Origin: Bdellovibrionota bacterium
Lineage (GTDB): Bacteria; Bdellovibrionota; UBA1018; UBA923
Assembly (NCBI GenBank): GCA_040754655.1
Contig: JBFMCE010000034.1
Location: 1-38,138, forward strand
DNA length: 38,138 nt
Direction: 5' to 3'
Part shown: piece after piece, positions 27,587 to 36,639 of the stretch
Position numbering within the stretch: position 1 is the first letter of the stretch
Layout: each line of letters starts with the position of its first letter
Notes under the pieces: model-generated
Seen by the model: only the letters and a program-made list of their open reading frames with translations
Database searches by the model: none
Told to the model about the DNA's origin: nothing
Made by a program: the position numbers and the translations under genes

Positions 27587-28108
27587 TCAATGAACATCAA
27601 GGCGGTCTTTCTTCGCCTCCGCGAGCATCCAACGCAGTGCTTCGACATAGCCTTGCAGGCCTGAACCCACGACCCGATAGTCAGCAAGATCTTCGAGAAG
27701 CGAGTACTGGCGAAACTCGTCCTGCTCAGGGGTATTAGACAATTGAACTTCCACGAGCGGAATTGGCCTTAACATCATCATCGCATCGCGGAGGGCGATT
27801 GACGTGTGGGTCCAAGCGGCGAAATTCGCGATAATTCCGCTAAGCTGGCCTCGAGCAGCCGATCCCAGAGCCAATGAGTGTATGTATTCGAGCATCTCTC
27901 CTTCATAATTGGTCTGGAAAAAAAACAACTTCACCCTATTAGGCGACTCTTTTGCCGCCGCGCGCATCTTCCCTTCAAGATCCTCTAAAGTTTCGGTCCC
28001 GTAAATCTCGGGCTCACAAAATCCCAACATATTCAAATTGGGGCCGCCGAGCACATGAATCTCATACACCGGCTTCAACAGACGATCCTTCAAGCGCTTT
28101 GCAGGCAT
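27587..28108 (-). CDS. aroQ: Type II 3-dehydroquinate dehydratase homologue with substituted catalytic residues
   Basis: GPNLNMLGFCEPEIYG, QTNYEG, AAWTHTSIALRDA, EVQLSN and EFR motifs; position upstream of efp-accB-accC. Confidence 0.85.
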   Translation of the reverse strand: MPAKRLKDRLLKPVYEIHVLGGPNLNMLGFCEPEIYGTETLEDLEGKMRAAAKESPNRVKLFFFQTNYEGEMLEYIHSLALGSAARGQLSGIIANFAAWTHTSIALRDAMMMLRPIPLVEVQLSNTPEQDEFRQYSLLEDLADYRVVGSGLQGYVEALRWMLAEAKKDRLDVH

Positions 28109-28644
28109 CAGGGCCCCCTAAGGCTTGTCCGGACTTGTTGCACTCGATTCAACATCTTTTGCAATCGCATCAGTCGCCTTAGTTTTTCGGGTTTTTGCTC
28201 AAACCTCAACAGGCCGCCAGTTTGGTACGCTTGGGTTTCCAGTTCATGCACCACTCCGACGACTTCGTGGTCGTTAGGATTGAAATAAAGAAGCATTTTA
28301 TACGATTCAAGAGCTTCTTTGACGTGTCCCAAGGACAAGCAAGCATCCGCCAACAGACGCTGCGCCACCAAATTATCCGGCACGTGTTCAATGATCGGGG
28401 CAAGGAGCGCGCGAACTTGGGCATAGGATTGTTTATCTGCGTAAGCCCTGGCTAACGCGACTTTGCCGCCGATGAAATCGGGGTGAACGGCGAGCCCTTC
28501 TCTGCAAATCTCGATCGCTTCATCAACCAGGCCGATTTTGCGATAAGACTCGGCTAGAGGGGCAAAAATCTTCGATCGCGGATTCTCTTGAAACATCTTC
28601 AAATACTTCAAGAGCAGCGGGGGATATTTGCTGCTATTCACCAT
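28108..28644 (-). CDS. TPR protein downstream of pilQ
   Basis: NPRSKIFAPLAESYRKIGLVDEAIEICREGL...HPDF...VALARAY. Confidence 0.88.
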   Translation of the reverse strand: MVNSSKYPPLLLKYLKMFQENPRSKIFAPLAESYRKIGLVDEAIEICREGLAVHPDFIGGKVALARAYADKQSYAQVRALLAPIIEHVPDNLVAQRLLADACLSLGHVKEALESYKMLLYFNPNDHEVVGVVHELETQAYQTGGLLRFEQKPEKLRRLMRLQKMLNRVQQVRTSLRGP

Positions 28645-28652
28645 AAACCAAC

Positions 28653-30584
28653 CTATCCCCGGATGCCTGATTCGGTCTCGTTGATCACTCGAGGTGTCAG
28701 GAAAATGAAAAGCTCGCCTTTGGTGGTTTGTTTACCCCTGCTGCCGAAGAGCACCCCGAGAATCGGCAGGTCACGCAAGAAGGGAATTCCTGTTTCAGAT
28801 TCAAGCGCGCGGCTGAGATAGATCCCACCGATCACGAGCGTCGCGCCGCTATCGACCATCACCTGCGTTTCAACACGCTTGGTGTCAGTACTGAAGGTCG
28901 CTCCTTGCGTCGACTGCGCGCTCGGCGTTTCTTGGCTGAAGATCAAGCGCATGGTGATCGCACCATCGTTGGTCACTTGCGGCGTCACTTCCAACCGCAA
29001 AACGGCATTGATCGTCTGAAAACCGCCGCTTGAGTTCGCACCTGGCACAGTGGCAATCTGAATCGATTGACCTTGGCTGATCTCGGCACGCTCGCGATTC
29101 TGAGTGACGATTCGAGGGCTAGCGATGATCTTGGCGCGGTTCTCGGATTCCAGGATGCTTAGAAAGGCGCCAATTTCGCGAATTCCCGGGAATAAGCCCG
29201 CTTTCGGTGAAAAACCCAAGCTCGAACCGCCGCTCGGAGGGGTGACCGCGAAGGTATCGCCAAAGTTGGTGAAAGTGGAACCGCCGAAAAGAGTACCGAA
29301 ACTGTTCCTGGTGTTGCGAAACACATAATTTCCGGTAGCCGCATCCAATTCGCGGCTAGTCGCGAAGATACGGCCCTGAACTTCTCTCTGATGCGATTCT
29401 TGAACTTCGACGAACTTCGCTTCAATGAGCACCTGCGGGGTTTGGGTATCTAGTTCTTTGATGATCCTTTTGATCTTTTCGATCGTGCTCGGCGTGTCTC
29501 TCACGATCAACGAGTTCGTTCGCGAATCGACTTGTATGCTTCCGCGCGCTGAGCCGCTATTGGTATTCGTGCCTACTTCGCGAGACAAGAAGTCTGAGAT
29601 CACGCGTTGAAGGTCTTCGATTCGCGCGTAAGAGATCGGAAAGATTTTCACCACCACGGGCTCTGCCGCTTCGGTCGCGCGCCTGGCCGTCGCCTCGGCT
29701 TGCTTCTCGCGGGTCAACTCTTCAAGAGTCGTGATTCTCAACACATTGCCGTGGCGCTCTGCCGCCAAACGGTAAGAGTGCAAGATCAAATCAAGGGCCT
29801 GGTCCCAAGGCACATCGCTTAAGCTCAAGACAACCCTGCCCCGAACGGCCTCGGAAAGAACGATATTGAACTCGCTTGCCTCGCTGATGATGCGAAACAC
29901 ATCGGCCAACTCTGCTTCTCGCACTTGCAAGGAAATGCGCCTGCCGACGTAGCTCTTCGTGCGCTGTGACTCGAAAAACTCATCCAAAGGACCGTCTACG
30001 GCGGTTCTTACAGGGCTCGGCTCGGTGGAATTGAGCGTCGAGTTTGTCGCGGTCTCAACTGGCGCGGCTGCCTCGGCCGGAGGGATTGCCTCCGTCGTCT
30101 CCGCTGGCAGGGCAAGTTCAGGTTCAGGCGATTCGGCGGTGGCGACTTCTTCTGAAGGGCTCGCCGTTCCATCAGAAGGCACGTAAGCCACGAGCTTTCT
30201 TCCGTCTTGCGAAACTTCGACGTCCTTCATGTCGCGAAGCTGCAGCACGACCCTCACGCCGTCATCAGATTGATAGGGGCTCACCAATGAAAGGCTTCCC
30301 TTTTGCTGGGAAGTATCGAGCACCCTGGCCCATCTTTTCGATATCTTCGCGTGCGGAACTTCGATGATCACTTGTTTGTCTTCTTCCGAGACCTTCTTCT
30401 CAAAGGTCACATCACGGTCAAAGGTGATCTCGACCCGCGACTTGTCTGGACCCGGGTAAAACCCTACTTTTTTCACATTCGCGTTTCTTTCAGGAGGCTC
30501 TAGCTTATCGGCACTCATTGCAGACACCGCGACAAGCAGCAAAGCCACCGCGAGGCTCAGGTCACGTTTCTTCCGTGAAATCAT
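28653..30584 (-). CDS. pilQ: Type IV pilus secretin with an AMIN-like N-terminal domain
   Basis: YVGRRISL, DVPWDQALDLIL, VDSRTNSLIV, QVLIEAK, LEVTPQV and IPFLRDLPILGVLF...ELFIFLTPR motifs. Confidence 0.96.
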   Translation of the reverse strand: MISRKKRDLSLAVALLLVAVSAMSADKLEPPERNANVKKVGFYPGPDKSRVEITFDRDVTFEKKVSEEDKQVIIEVPHAKISKRWARVLDTSQQKGSLSLVSPYQSDDGVRVVLQLRDMKDVEVSQDGRKLVAYVPSDGTASPSEEVATAESPEPELALPAETTEAIPPAEAAAPVETATNSTLNSTEPSPVRTAVDGPLDEFFESQRTKSYVGRRISLQVREAELADVFRIISEASEFNIVLSEAVRGRVVLSLSDVPWDQALDLILHSYRLAAERHGNVLRITTLEELTREKQAEATARRATEAAEPVVVKIFPISYARIEDLQRVISDFLSREVGTNTNSGSARGSIQVDSRTNSLIVRDTPSTIEKIKRIIKELDTQTPQVLIEAKFVEVQESHQREVQGRIFATSRELDAATGNYVFRNTRNSFGTLFGGSTFTNFGDTFAVTPPSGGSSLGFSPKAGLFPGIREIGAFLSILESENRAKIIASPRIVTQNRERAEISQGQSIQIATVPGANSSGGFQTINAVLRLEVTPQVTNDGAITMRLIFSQETPSAQSTQGATFSTDTKRVETQVMVDSGATLVIGGIYLSRALESETGIPFLRDLPILGVLFGSRGKQTTKGELFIFLTPRVINETESGIRG

Positions 30585-31072
30585 AACGACCCCTTTTCCT
30601 TTTCTTTCTCTTTCAACTTGATGATGGTCTCGATCTTCTCTTCTTGCCCCAGGATGTTGACGACCTTTTCCTCGACTGAGATAAAGCCCGCGGAAATGCG
30701 CTTAACCGCTCCGCTGCGAGTGCCCATGACGGCGTTCTCTGAGACAATATGCATTCGGCCATCCGGGGTCGTGACCAAGGCCTTGTTCTTCTTGAGCCCC
30801 GTGATGATGCCGATCAACGAAAACTTATCGAGCTCGTAGCGTTGCAACTCTGGGACGCGCCCGCCCTCATCAGCGCCGTCAGCCAGTTTGGGAATGGGGC
30901 GTCTGAACGGATCGCGCAACGTCATTGAGCTCTCGAGCGAGAACGTATCATCGGTTTTCGCTTCAGGATTGCTCGAGGCAGCCTGTTTCGCTTCGGGCGG
31001 GGAAGGCTGGGCAAACGCGGAACTCAACACGCAGAAATAAAGAGGCGCGAGCGCTAAGCAGATCTTCTTCAT
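30581..31072 (-). CDS. pilP: Type IV pilus alignment protein PilP
   Basis: RDPF, LQRYELDKFSLIGII and ALVTTPDG motifs; position in the operon. Confidence 0.9.
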   Translation of the reverse strand: MKKICLALAPLYFCVLSSAFAQPSPPEAKQAASSNPEAKTDDTFSLESSMTLRDPFRRPIPKLADGADEGGRVPELQRYELDKFSLIGIITGLKKNKALVTTPDGRMHIVSENAVMGTRSGAVKRISAGFISVEEKVVNILGQEEKIETIIKLKEKEKEKGSL

Positions 31073-31749
31073 TGCGCGCCCCCCGTCGGCGTGACAGGCG
31101 CCGCCGTGCCAGACGTGGGCATGACATTGGTGCTCATCTCTTGTTTGTTGATGATATCATCGGCCTGACTTCCCAAATACTTGTAGGCGACGAGCTTCGC
31201 CATGGCGTCGAGCTCAACATATTTCGTATACGTGCTTCCCGTGGGTTTCATTTCGAAGTCCGAGACGCGGATGACCTGCTGGAATTTCGCGATCCTGTCG
31301 AAAAAAACAAGCGCTTGCACATATGCGCCCCTGAAGGCCACTGAAAACGGCACCTCGATGTTGCAGTCTTTCTTCGTCTCCGGCTCTGGTTTGATCCCTT
31401 TGATGGAAAGCCCCAACTTCTTGGCCTCAAGGGTAACCATCCGCACGAAGTTCGCGATGTCGATGTCAGCGCTCAACGAGGCTTTCGTTCCATCAAGTTG
31501 CGCGGTGAGTTGGCGGATCCGAGCTCGCACCGCGTCGAGGTTCTTGAAGAACTCTTCGCCGTCGGCTAGTTTCTTTTTTTGCACTCCTAGATTTTCTACG
31601 GCATTCGAAAGGACGCTTTTCTTGGTTCCAAACTCGGACTCAGGCGACTCTCGCCAGCTCCAGTGCGAATAACCCAGATAAAGAAGGTAAAACAAAACCC
31701 CCAAGACGACCGGGACCTTGCTCAGCTGCTTGTTCAAGGCTTCCATCAT
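31069..31749 (-). CDS. pilO: Type IV pilus inner membrane protein PilO
   Basis: TM plus coiled coil; EVPFSVAFRGAY...FFDRIAK motif; position in the operon. Confidence 0.9.
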   Translation of the reverse strand: MMEALNKQLSKVPVVLGVLFYLLYLGYSHWSWRESPESEFGTKKSVLSNAVENLGVQKKKLADGEEFFKNLDAVRARIRQLTAQLDGTKASLSADIDIANFVRMVTLEAKKLGLSIKGIKPEPETKKDCNIEVPFSVAFRGAYVQALVFFDRIAKFQQVIRVSDFEMKPTGSTYTKYVELDAMAKLVAYKYLGSQADDIINKQEMSTNVMPTSGTAAPVTPTGGAQ

Positions 31750-32399
31750 TGGACTTGCCTCCTCTTCGCTTCGAGCTCGAAGGTCTGAAACTTCTGGTCT
31801 TTCTCGGCAGAGACGTTCTCTTGGATGCCGCTGAGATTGATTTCCCCGAACTGGCTGGTTCCGTTAAGCGCTTTGATGAAGTCGCTTACTTGGTTGTAAC
31901 CCGGAGTGGCTCCCTCTAACCTGACCACATCAGGACTGACCCGGAATTCAGTGAGCCACATGTCTTCAGGAATCACCTGCGCGATGTGCATCATCATGCG
32001 CGACGGGGCATTTCGGTTTTCCATGAGTTTCGTCACGCACTCGAGCTTGGTCCGGATCGCGACCTCGTCTTCTTCAAGTTGTCTCTTGAGCGGTTCAAAC
32101 CCTTTGATGCGATCCAACTTCCTTTGGATTTCGGCCCGTTCCGATTCAATGACGTGAATCTGGTCGTCGATCTTCTTGACGGCGTCTCGTTCAATCTCTT
32201 CAACCGTCGATGAAACGAACCAGCACACAACGAGCGCAATGGCGATTTTCGGGATGGGACCTCGCAGATCCAACTTTGACCCGCCGTCTCCGCCTCCCTT
32301 AAGGATCGCGATCAAAGTCGAAACGTTGAGGCTCTTGATATCGGTCAAGGTCGTCGCGTTGGCCGCTTTGCGTTTCTTAGCCAGGTTGATCTTGATCAT
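31746..32399 (-). CDS. pilN: Type IV pilus inner membrane protein PilN
   Basis: MIKINL, IPEDMWLT and VSDFIKAL motifs; position in the operon. Confidence 0.92.
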   Translation of the reverse strand: MIKINLAKKRKAANATTLTDIKSLNVSTLIAILKGGGDGGSKLDLRGPIPKIAIALVVCWFVSSTVEEIERDAVKKIDDQIHVIESERAEIQRKLDRIKGFEPLKRQLEEDEVAIRTKLECVTKLMENRNAPSRMMMHIAQVIPEDMWLTEFRVSPDVVRLEGATPGYNQVSDFIKALNGTSQFGEINLSGIQENVSAEKDQKFQTFELEAKRRQVQ

Positions 32400-33442
32400 T
32401 TTAAAAAACCCCTAAGCGCCAGTCCCACGGGTATGGCCGCCATCCCGCTGATCGCGTCGATGTAATCTTGGTTGAAGATCTTCGCGTCGTAGGAAATCTT
32501 CGTAAACGGGTTGATGAGCTGGGTGGCGATCCCCGAAGTCGCTTGAACTATGCCGGTAAGATTGGGGAGCTTCGAACAGCCTCCGGCGAGCAAGACCATC
32601 GAAACCGGCGCTCCAACGTTCGATGCCGCGTAGAAATCGAGCGAACGCTTGATCTCAGCCGCGAAGTTCTCACATGTCACGTGAATCAGGTCAGCCACTT
32701 CCTGGGGAACCTGCCCTTCCGCGTTCCCATCGATCTTGAGAAGTTCGGCTTCTTGATAACTCAAATTGAGATGCTTCTGAATCTCAGCCGTAAGAGCACG
32801 TCCGCCGATGGCGGTATCACGCGTGAACGTGGGTTGACCGCCCGAGCAAATCACCAGCTTCAAGCTCGAAGCCCCGATGTCGACGAGCGCCACGGTTGAG
32901 TCGGGTGAGTAATTGAATTCGAAGGCGTTCTGCAGCGCGAACAAATCGACATCGATCGTGCTGGTCGTGAGCCCCGCGTCTTTCAAGACGGCTTGATAAC
33001 TCTCGATCGTCGCGCGTTTACAGGCTACGAGCATGATCTCCATCTTGCCTTCAGGACCGTTCTTGTTGAGAAGCTGATAGTCGTAAACCACTTCATTGAT
33101 ATCGAAAGGAACGTACTGTTCCGCCTCCCAGAGAATGGCGTCGCCCAGTTCCTTCATGGATGTTTGTTCAAGCAGTATCTTCTTTACGATGACGAAGGCG
33201 CCCGACAGAGAGGTGATAACGCTACGGCCTTTGATCTTGAGCTGGTCAACCAACCCGCGCACGGAATCCACCACCGCCATGTGATTGATGATTTCACGGT
33301 TCGAAATTGCTTCGTCCTGAAGCTGGGCCACCCCGAAATGCTCGAGTGAGTACGACTTCCCAGACTTCTTGAGTTCAGCAATCTTGACGCTGCTGCTTCC
33401 TATGCTAACGCCAATTTGTGTAGGCTTTCCGAAGAGTCCCAT
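32396..33442 (-). CDS. pilM: Type IV pilus actin-like protein PilM
   Basis: IGVSIGSSSVK, EAEQYVPF, ALVDIGAS, EIKRSLDFY, LAGGCS and GLALR motifs. Confidence 0.96.
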   Translation of the reverse strand: MGLFGKPTQIGVSIGSSSVKIAELKKSGKSYSLEHFGVAQLQDEAISNREIINHMAVVDSVRGLVDQLKIKGRSVITSLSGAFVIVKKILLEQTSMKELGDAILWEAEQYVPFDINEVVYDYQLLNKNGPEGKMEIMLVACKRATIESYQAVLKDAGLTTSTIDVDLFALQNAFEFNYSPDSTVALVDIGASSLKLVICSGGQPTFTRDTAIGGRALTAEIQKHLNLSYQEAELLKIDGNAEGQVPQEVADLIHVTCENFAAEIKRSLDFYAASNVGAPVSMVLLAGGCSKLPNLTGIVQATSGIATQLINPFTKISYDAKIFNQDYIDAISGMAAIPVGLALRGFLK

Positions 33443-33474
33443 ATTCTTTCTTATTTTTTAGACCACTATCCCAA

Positions 33475-33502
33475 ATGATAACTTGACTGGCTTGGCGGTC
33501 AA
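33475..33502 (-). promoter_or_regulatory. Sigma70-type promoter of pilMNOPQ
   Basis: TTGACC-16 bp-TATCAT, ending 32 nt upstream of the pilM ATG. Confidence 0.6.
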
Positions 33503-33548
33503 ACGAGAGTTCTGGAAAGGAAGTTTTTGCCGGCTTTTTAGGGTTCTC

Positions 33549-34106
33549 TTAGTCGAGGCTGATCTCTGCTGAGGGACCTTCGACGATCAAAAGCAATGCT
33601 CGCTCGCCTCTTTTCTCGGCCAGATCCTGTGACACCGCTAAAAAGATCGCTCCGTGAACCAGCCCATCAGCGAAAATCGACGATCCATACAAAGGATCAT
33701 AACAAAAACGGCTCAGGAAAGGCTCTTTGGTATCGACCTGCTCGGAGACCCAGCTCCTTGAGGCGAACTTCACCCCTTCGGCGAACTCGCCCAGGCGAAT
33801 TTCCCAGAGTTTCGTCCTGCGTGCGTTGGGTCCGCACGACGAAACCTCGTGCACCTCTACGAGATCAGGCTCTTGGAATCGGGCTTCCAAAGGAGTTTTC
33901 GTGAGAATCGCCCTGGTTTTCAACATCGATAAATAGAGGGCAAGCTTCCGGCCTCCCCGAAGCGTGCTCCACCTTGAGGAATAGTCTTTGATCTGAGGGT
34001 AACTGAATAGCCCCAAGCTGATGACGCAAGCGAGCAATAGGATCTTGCGTTGAATCTTCGATTTGCGTTCGCCATCCGGGTCAATCACTTCGATCGTTCT
34101 ACTCAT
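33549..34106 (-). CDS. Membrane-anchored hypothetical protein, FimT/GspH-like globular part
   Basis: The ATG at 34106 overlaps the pilD stop. One TM, then KLALYLSMLKTRAILTKTPLEARF, resembling the FimT/GspH helix-strand. Confidence 0.55.
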   Translation of the reverse strand: MSRTIEVIDPDGERKSKIQRKILLLACVISLGLFSYPQIKDYSSRWSTLRGGRKLALYLSMLKTRAILTKTPLEARFQEPDLVEVHEVSSCGPNARRTKLWEIRLGEFAEGVKFASRSWVSEQVDTKEPFLSRFCYDPLYGSSIFADGLVHGAIFLAVSQDLAEKRGERALLLIVEGPSAEISLD

Positions 34107-34890
34107 AAAATTGAGGATAGAGCCTAAGCGAAATAGAGTCACCCCAAAACAAGTAAAGAAGCGCTCCTAATGCGAGAAAAGGCCCGTAAGGAATGGCAAG
34201 CTTGAGATTCTTCCGTTGGATGATCATGATTGCGACGCCAAAAATCGAGCCGATGAGCGAACTCAATACGATCGTCACCATCGAACCTTTGAGACCAAGG
34301 AACGCTCCGATCATAGCGATCAGCTTTACATCGCCAAAGCCCAGGCCCTCTCGCCCGCTGTATTTCTCATAAGCCCATCCCAGGGCCCAAAAAAATCCGC
34401 CCCCAAACAACGCGCCCGTTGCGGCGTCGCTGAAACTCACGCGACCGACAGACAGGCTGCCTGCTAAGCCGATGACGACACCGGGAATCGAAATGACATC
34501 AGGAATAATGCGAAAATCAATGTCGATGAAGGTCACCGCCACCAACGCGGCGACAAAACCGCAGTAGTAAAGGGTTGCCAAGGTTACGCCGAAATGCGCG
34601 TAAACCCCTGCAAACAACAAAGCCGTCACGCATTCCACGAAAGGATAACGCCTTGAAATCCCGGCGCCGCATCCGTGGCAACGTCCTCTGAGCGCAAGAT
34701 AACTTAAAACGGGGATGTTTTCGTACCAGCGGATCCTGCGTCGGCACCGTGTGCAGATCGATCGCGACGGCAATCCAATCTTATAGCCCCGCGGTATCCT
34801 GAAGATCACGACGTTCAGGAAACTTCCCACGCAGGCACCCAAGACTGAGAACCAGAAAAGAAAGAAAAAATCAAAACTCAGCAACGTCAC
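34099..34890 (-). CDS. pilD: Prepilin peptidase / N-methyltransferase
   Basis: GSFLNVVIFRIP; CxxC pairs; WYENIPVLSY; FIDID; GFGDVKL; IPYGPFL. Confidence 0.97.
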   Translation of the reverse strand: MTLLSFDFFFLFWFSVLGACVGSFLNVVIFRIPRGYKIGLPSRSICTRCRRRIRWYENIPVLSYLALRGRCHGCGAGISRRYPFVECVTALLFAGVYAHFGVTLATLYYCGFVAALVAVTFIDIDFRIIPDVISIPGVVIGLAGSLSVGRVSFSDAATGALFGGGFFWALGWAYEKYSGREGLGFGDVKLIAMIGAFLGLKGSMVTIVLSSLIGSIFGVAIMIIQRKNLKLAIPYGPFLALGALLYLFWGDSISLRLYPQFYE

Positions 34891-35675
34891 AAGTCACGTT
34901 TCCGAAAGATGAGGCATGCCGCGGCAAGCGCGAAGACAATATAAACAAACCCGTAACCCATCGTTACCGCGATGTAAGTCCAAGTCACCGGAAGGTCGTG
35001 GGCCACATGGGCCTTGATGTCAAACCGGGTCAAGTCGGGCAATAAATTCGTGATGAGCCCCAGAACAGGGCGCATGAACTCGGGCTCGATTCTTGAGGAC
35101 AACGCCTTCAAGTCGGTCATCGCATGCCCAATGACCCAAACGCCCGAAGAAAAAATCGCCGCTAAGGTGGCTGTTGAAAAGACCGAAAAAATGCATGCGA
35201 TCGCCGCTAAAACGCCAAACTCAGTCACTTGGAGAAAAAGGCTCTTCACCAATAGCGAACCGAGATCCCCGCCCGTAAAAAGAAAAACGACCACTGAGAT
35301 CCCCACCATGATCAGTGTATTGAGGGATAAGATTCCCAACAACCCGATCAACCTTCCGACAACGAATTGAGAGCGCCACACCGACTTCGTTAGAATGAGA
35401 TAGAGCGTCCTGTTCTGGACTTCCTTCGCGATCAAGACCGATCCCATGATGATCGAGATCAAACCGCCCACCAGCGAAACCGAAGTGAGCCCGAAATCCA
35501 ATGCGATGCGCGCATTGTCGGTATAAGACAACTGAGAGGCGGCATAAGCCAAGCCAACGCAAAGAAGCCCGAATACGAACGAGCTCCACAAGATCTTTTC
35601 GCGCAACAACTCTTGAAAAGTCATGTAACTGATGGCGGCCACCTGGCGAAACATCCTGCCATAGTCTGTTTTCAT
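34887..35675 (-). CDS. ABC-2 type permease (myxobacterial/Bdellovibrio PilI-like)
   Basis: About 6 TMs; KEVQNRTLYLILTK; C-terminal IFRKRDL; lies between the ABC ATPase and pilD. Confidence 0.88.
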   Translation of the reverse strand: MKTDYGRMFRQVAAISYMTFQELLREKILWSSFVFGLLCVGLAYAASQLSYTDNARIALDFGLTSVSLVGGLISIIMGSVLIAKEVQNRTLYLILTKSVWRSQFVVGRLIGLLGILSLNTLIMVGISVVVFLFTGGDLGSLLVKSLFLQVTEFGVLAAIACIFSVFSTATLAAIFSSGVWVIGHAMTDLKALSSRIEPEFMRPVLGLITNLLPDLTRFDIKAHVAHDLPVTWTYIAVTMGYGFVYIVFALAAACLIFRKRDL

Positions 35676-36628
35676 CTGCTTCCCTCAAAGAAGAGATCTT
35701 CAAGCGTGCTCTTTCTGGGCACCACGGCTCTTACATTTCCTTTGAGCGAGAGAATGTGGGCCAAGACCTTGTTCACCTGGTCTTCGAGATCATCGACATC
35801 GCTCTCGATATCCAAGACCCAGCCATCCATCGTGCGCCTTGAAGTCTTGAGCATTTTTTCTGAGCCAGGATCTTTTGCATCCGGCAGCGAATAACGCACT
35901 TCCATGGATTTCACGGTTCGCCCAAGCAAAGATTCGATATTGCCCGATCCCTTGAGCTTGCCTCCGTTGATGAATCCAACGGTAGTGCAAACCACCTCGA
36001 CATCGTGGATGATATGCGTGCTGAAGAAAATAGTCTTTCCCATGCCGGCGATCTCGCTGATGATATCGCGCACTTCACGCCTGCCTACCGGATCAAGACC
36101 GCTCATCGGCTCATCAAGAACGAGAATCGCGGGATCATGCAAGAGGGCTTGCGCGAAGCCTATGCGTTGCAACATTCCTTTTGAAAAGGTTCGCAGCTTT
36201 TGATCCCTGCTCTTGCTCATCCCCACTTTTTTCAAGAGGGCCGGGATGCGACTTTCTATGGCGTCTTCGGTCATCCCAAGAAGTCTGCCATGAAAACGCA
36301 AAAACTCGGCCGAAGTCAGGAAATCATGGAAATAAGGCCTCTCTGGCAGGTAGCCAAGCTTCAGCTTCGCTTCACGCCCCAACGTATCGAGCCCCAGAAT
36401 CCGGCAGGTTCCCGAATCGGCCCCCATGATGCCGACAAGGATCTTGATGAGCGTCGTTTTTCCCGCTCCGTTAGGGCCTAAAAATCCGAAAACCTCACCT
36501 TGAGAAACCTTCAAAGTGACGTCATCAAGCGCGAGATTTGATTTGAGCGCTCCGGTGCGATACCGCTTGGTCAGCTTTTCAATTTGAATCGCCAAGGGTT
36601 TTTCTTGAGATGCCATTGAGTTTATCAT
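35672..36628 (-). CDS. ABC transporter ATP-binding protein (myxobacterial/Bdellovibrio PilH-like)
   Basis: Walker A GPNGAGKT, signature FSKGMLQR, Walker B LVLDEP and STH motifs. Confidence 0.93.
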   Translation of the reverse strand: MINSMASQEKPLAIQIEKLTKRYRTGALKSNLALDDVTLKVSQGEVFGFLGPNGAGKTTLIKILVGIMGADSGTCRILGLDTLGREAKLKLGYLPERPYFHDFLTSAEFLRFHGRLLGMTEDAIESRIPALLKKVGMSKSRDQKLRTFSKGMLQRIGFAQALLHDPAILVLDEPMSGLDPVGRREVRDIISEIAGMGKTIFFSTHIIHDVEVVCTTVGFINGGKLKGSGNIESLLGRTVKSMEVRYSLPDAKDPGSEKMLKTSRRTMDGWVLDIESDVDDLEDQVNKVLAHILSLKGNVRAVVPRKSTLEDLFFEGSR

Positions 36629-36639
36629 TTTGAACGAAA

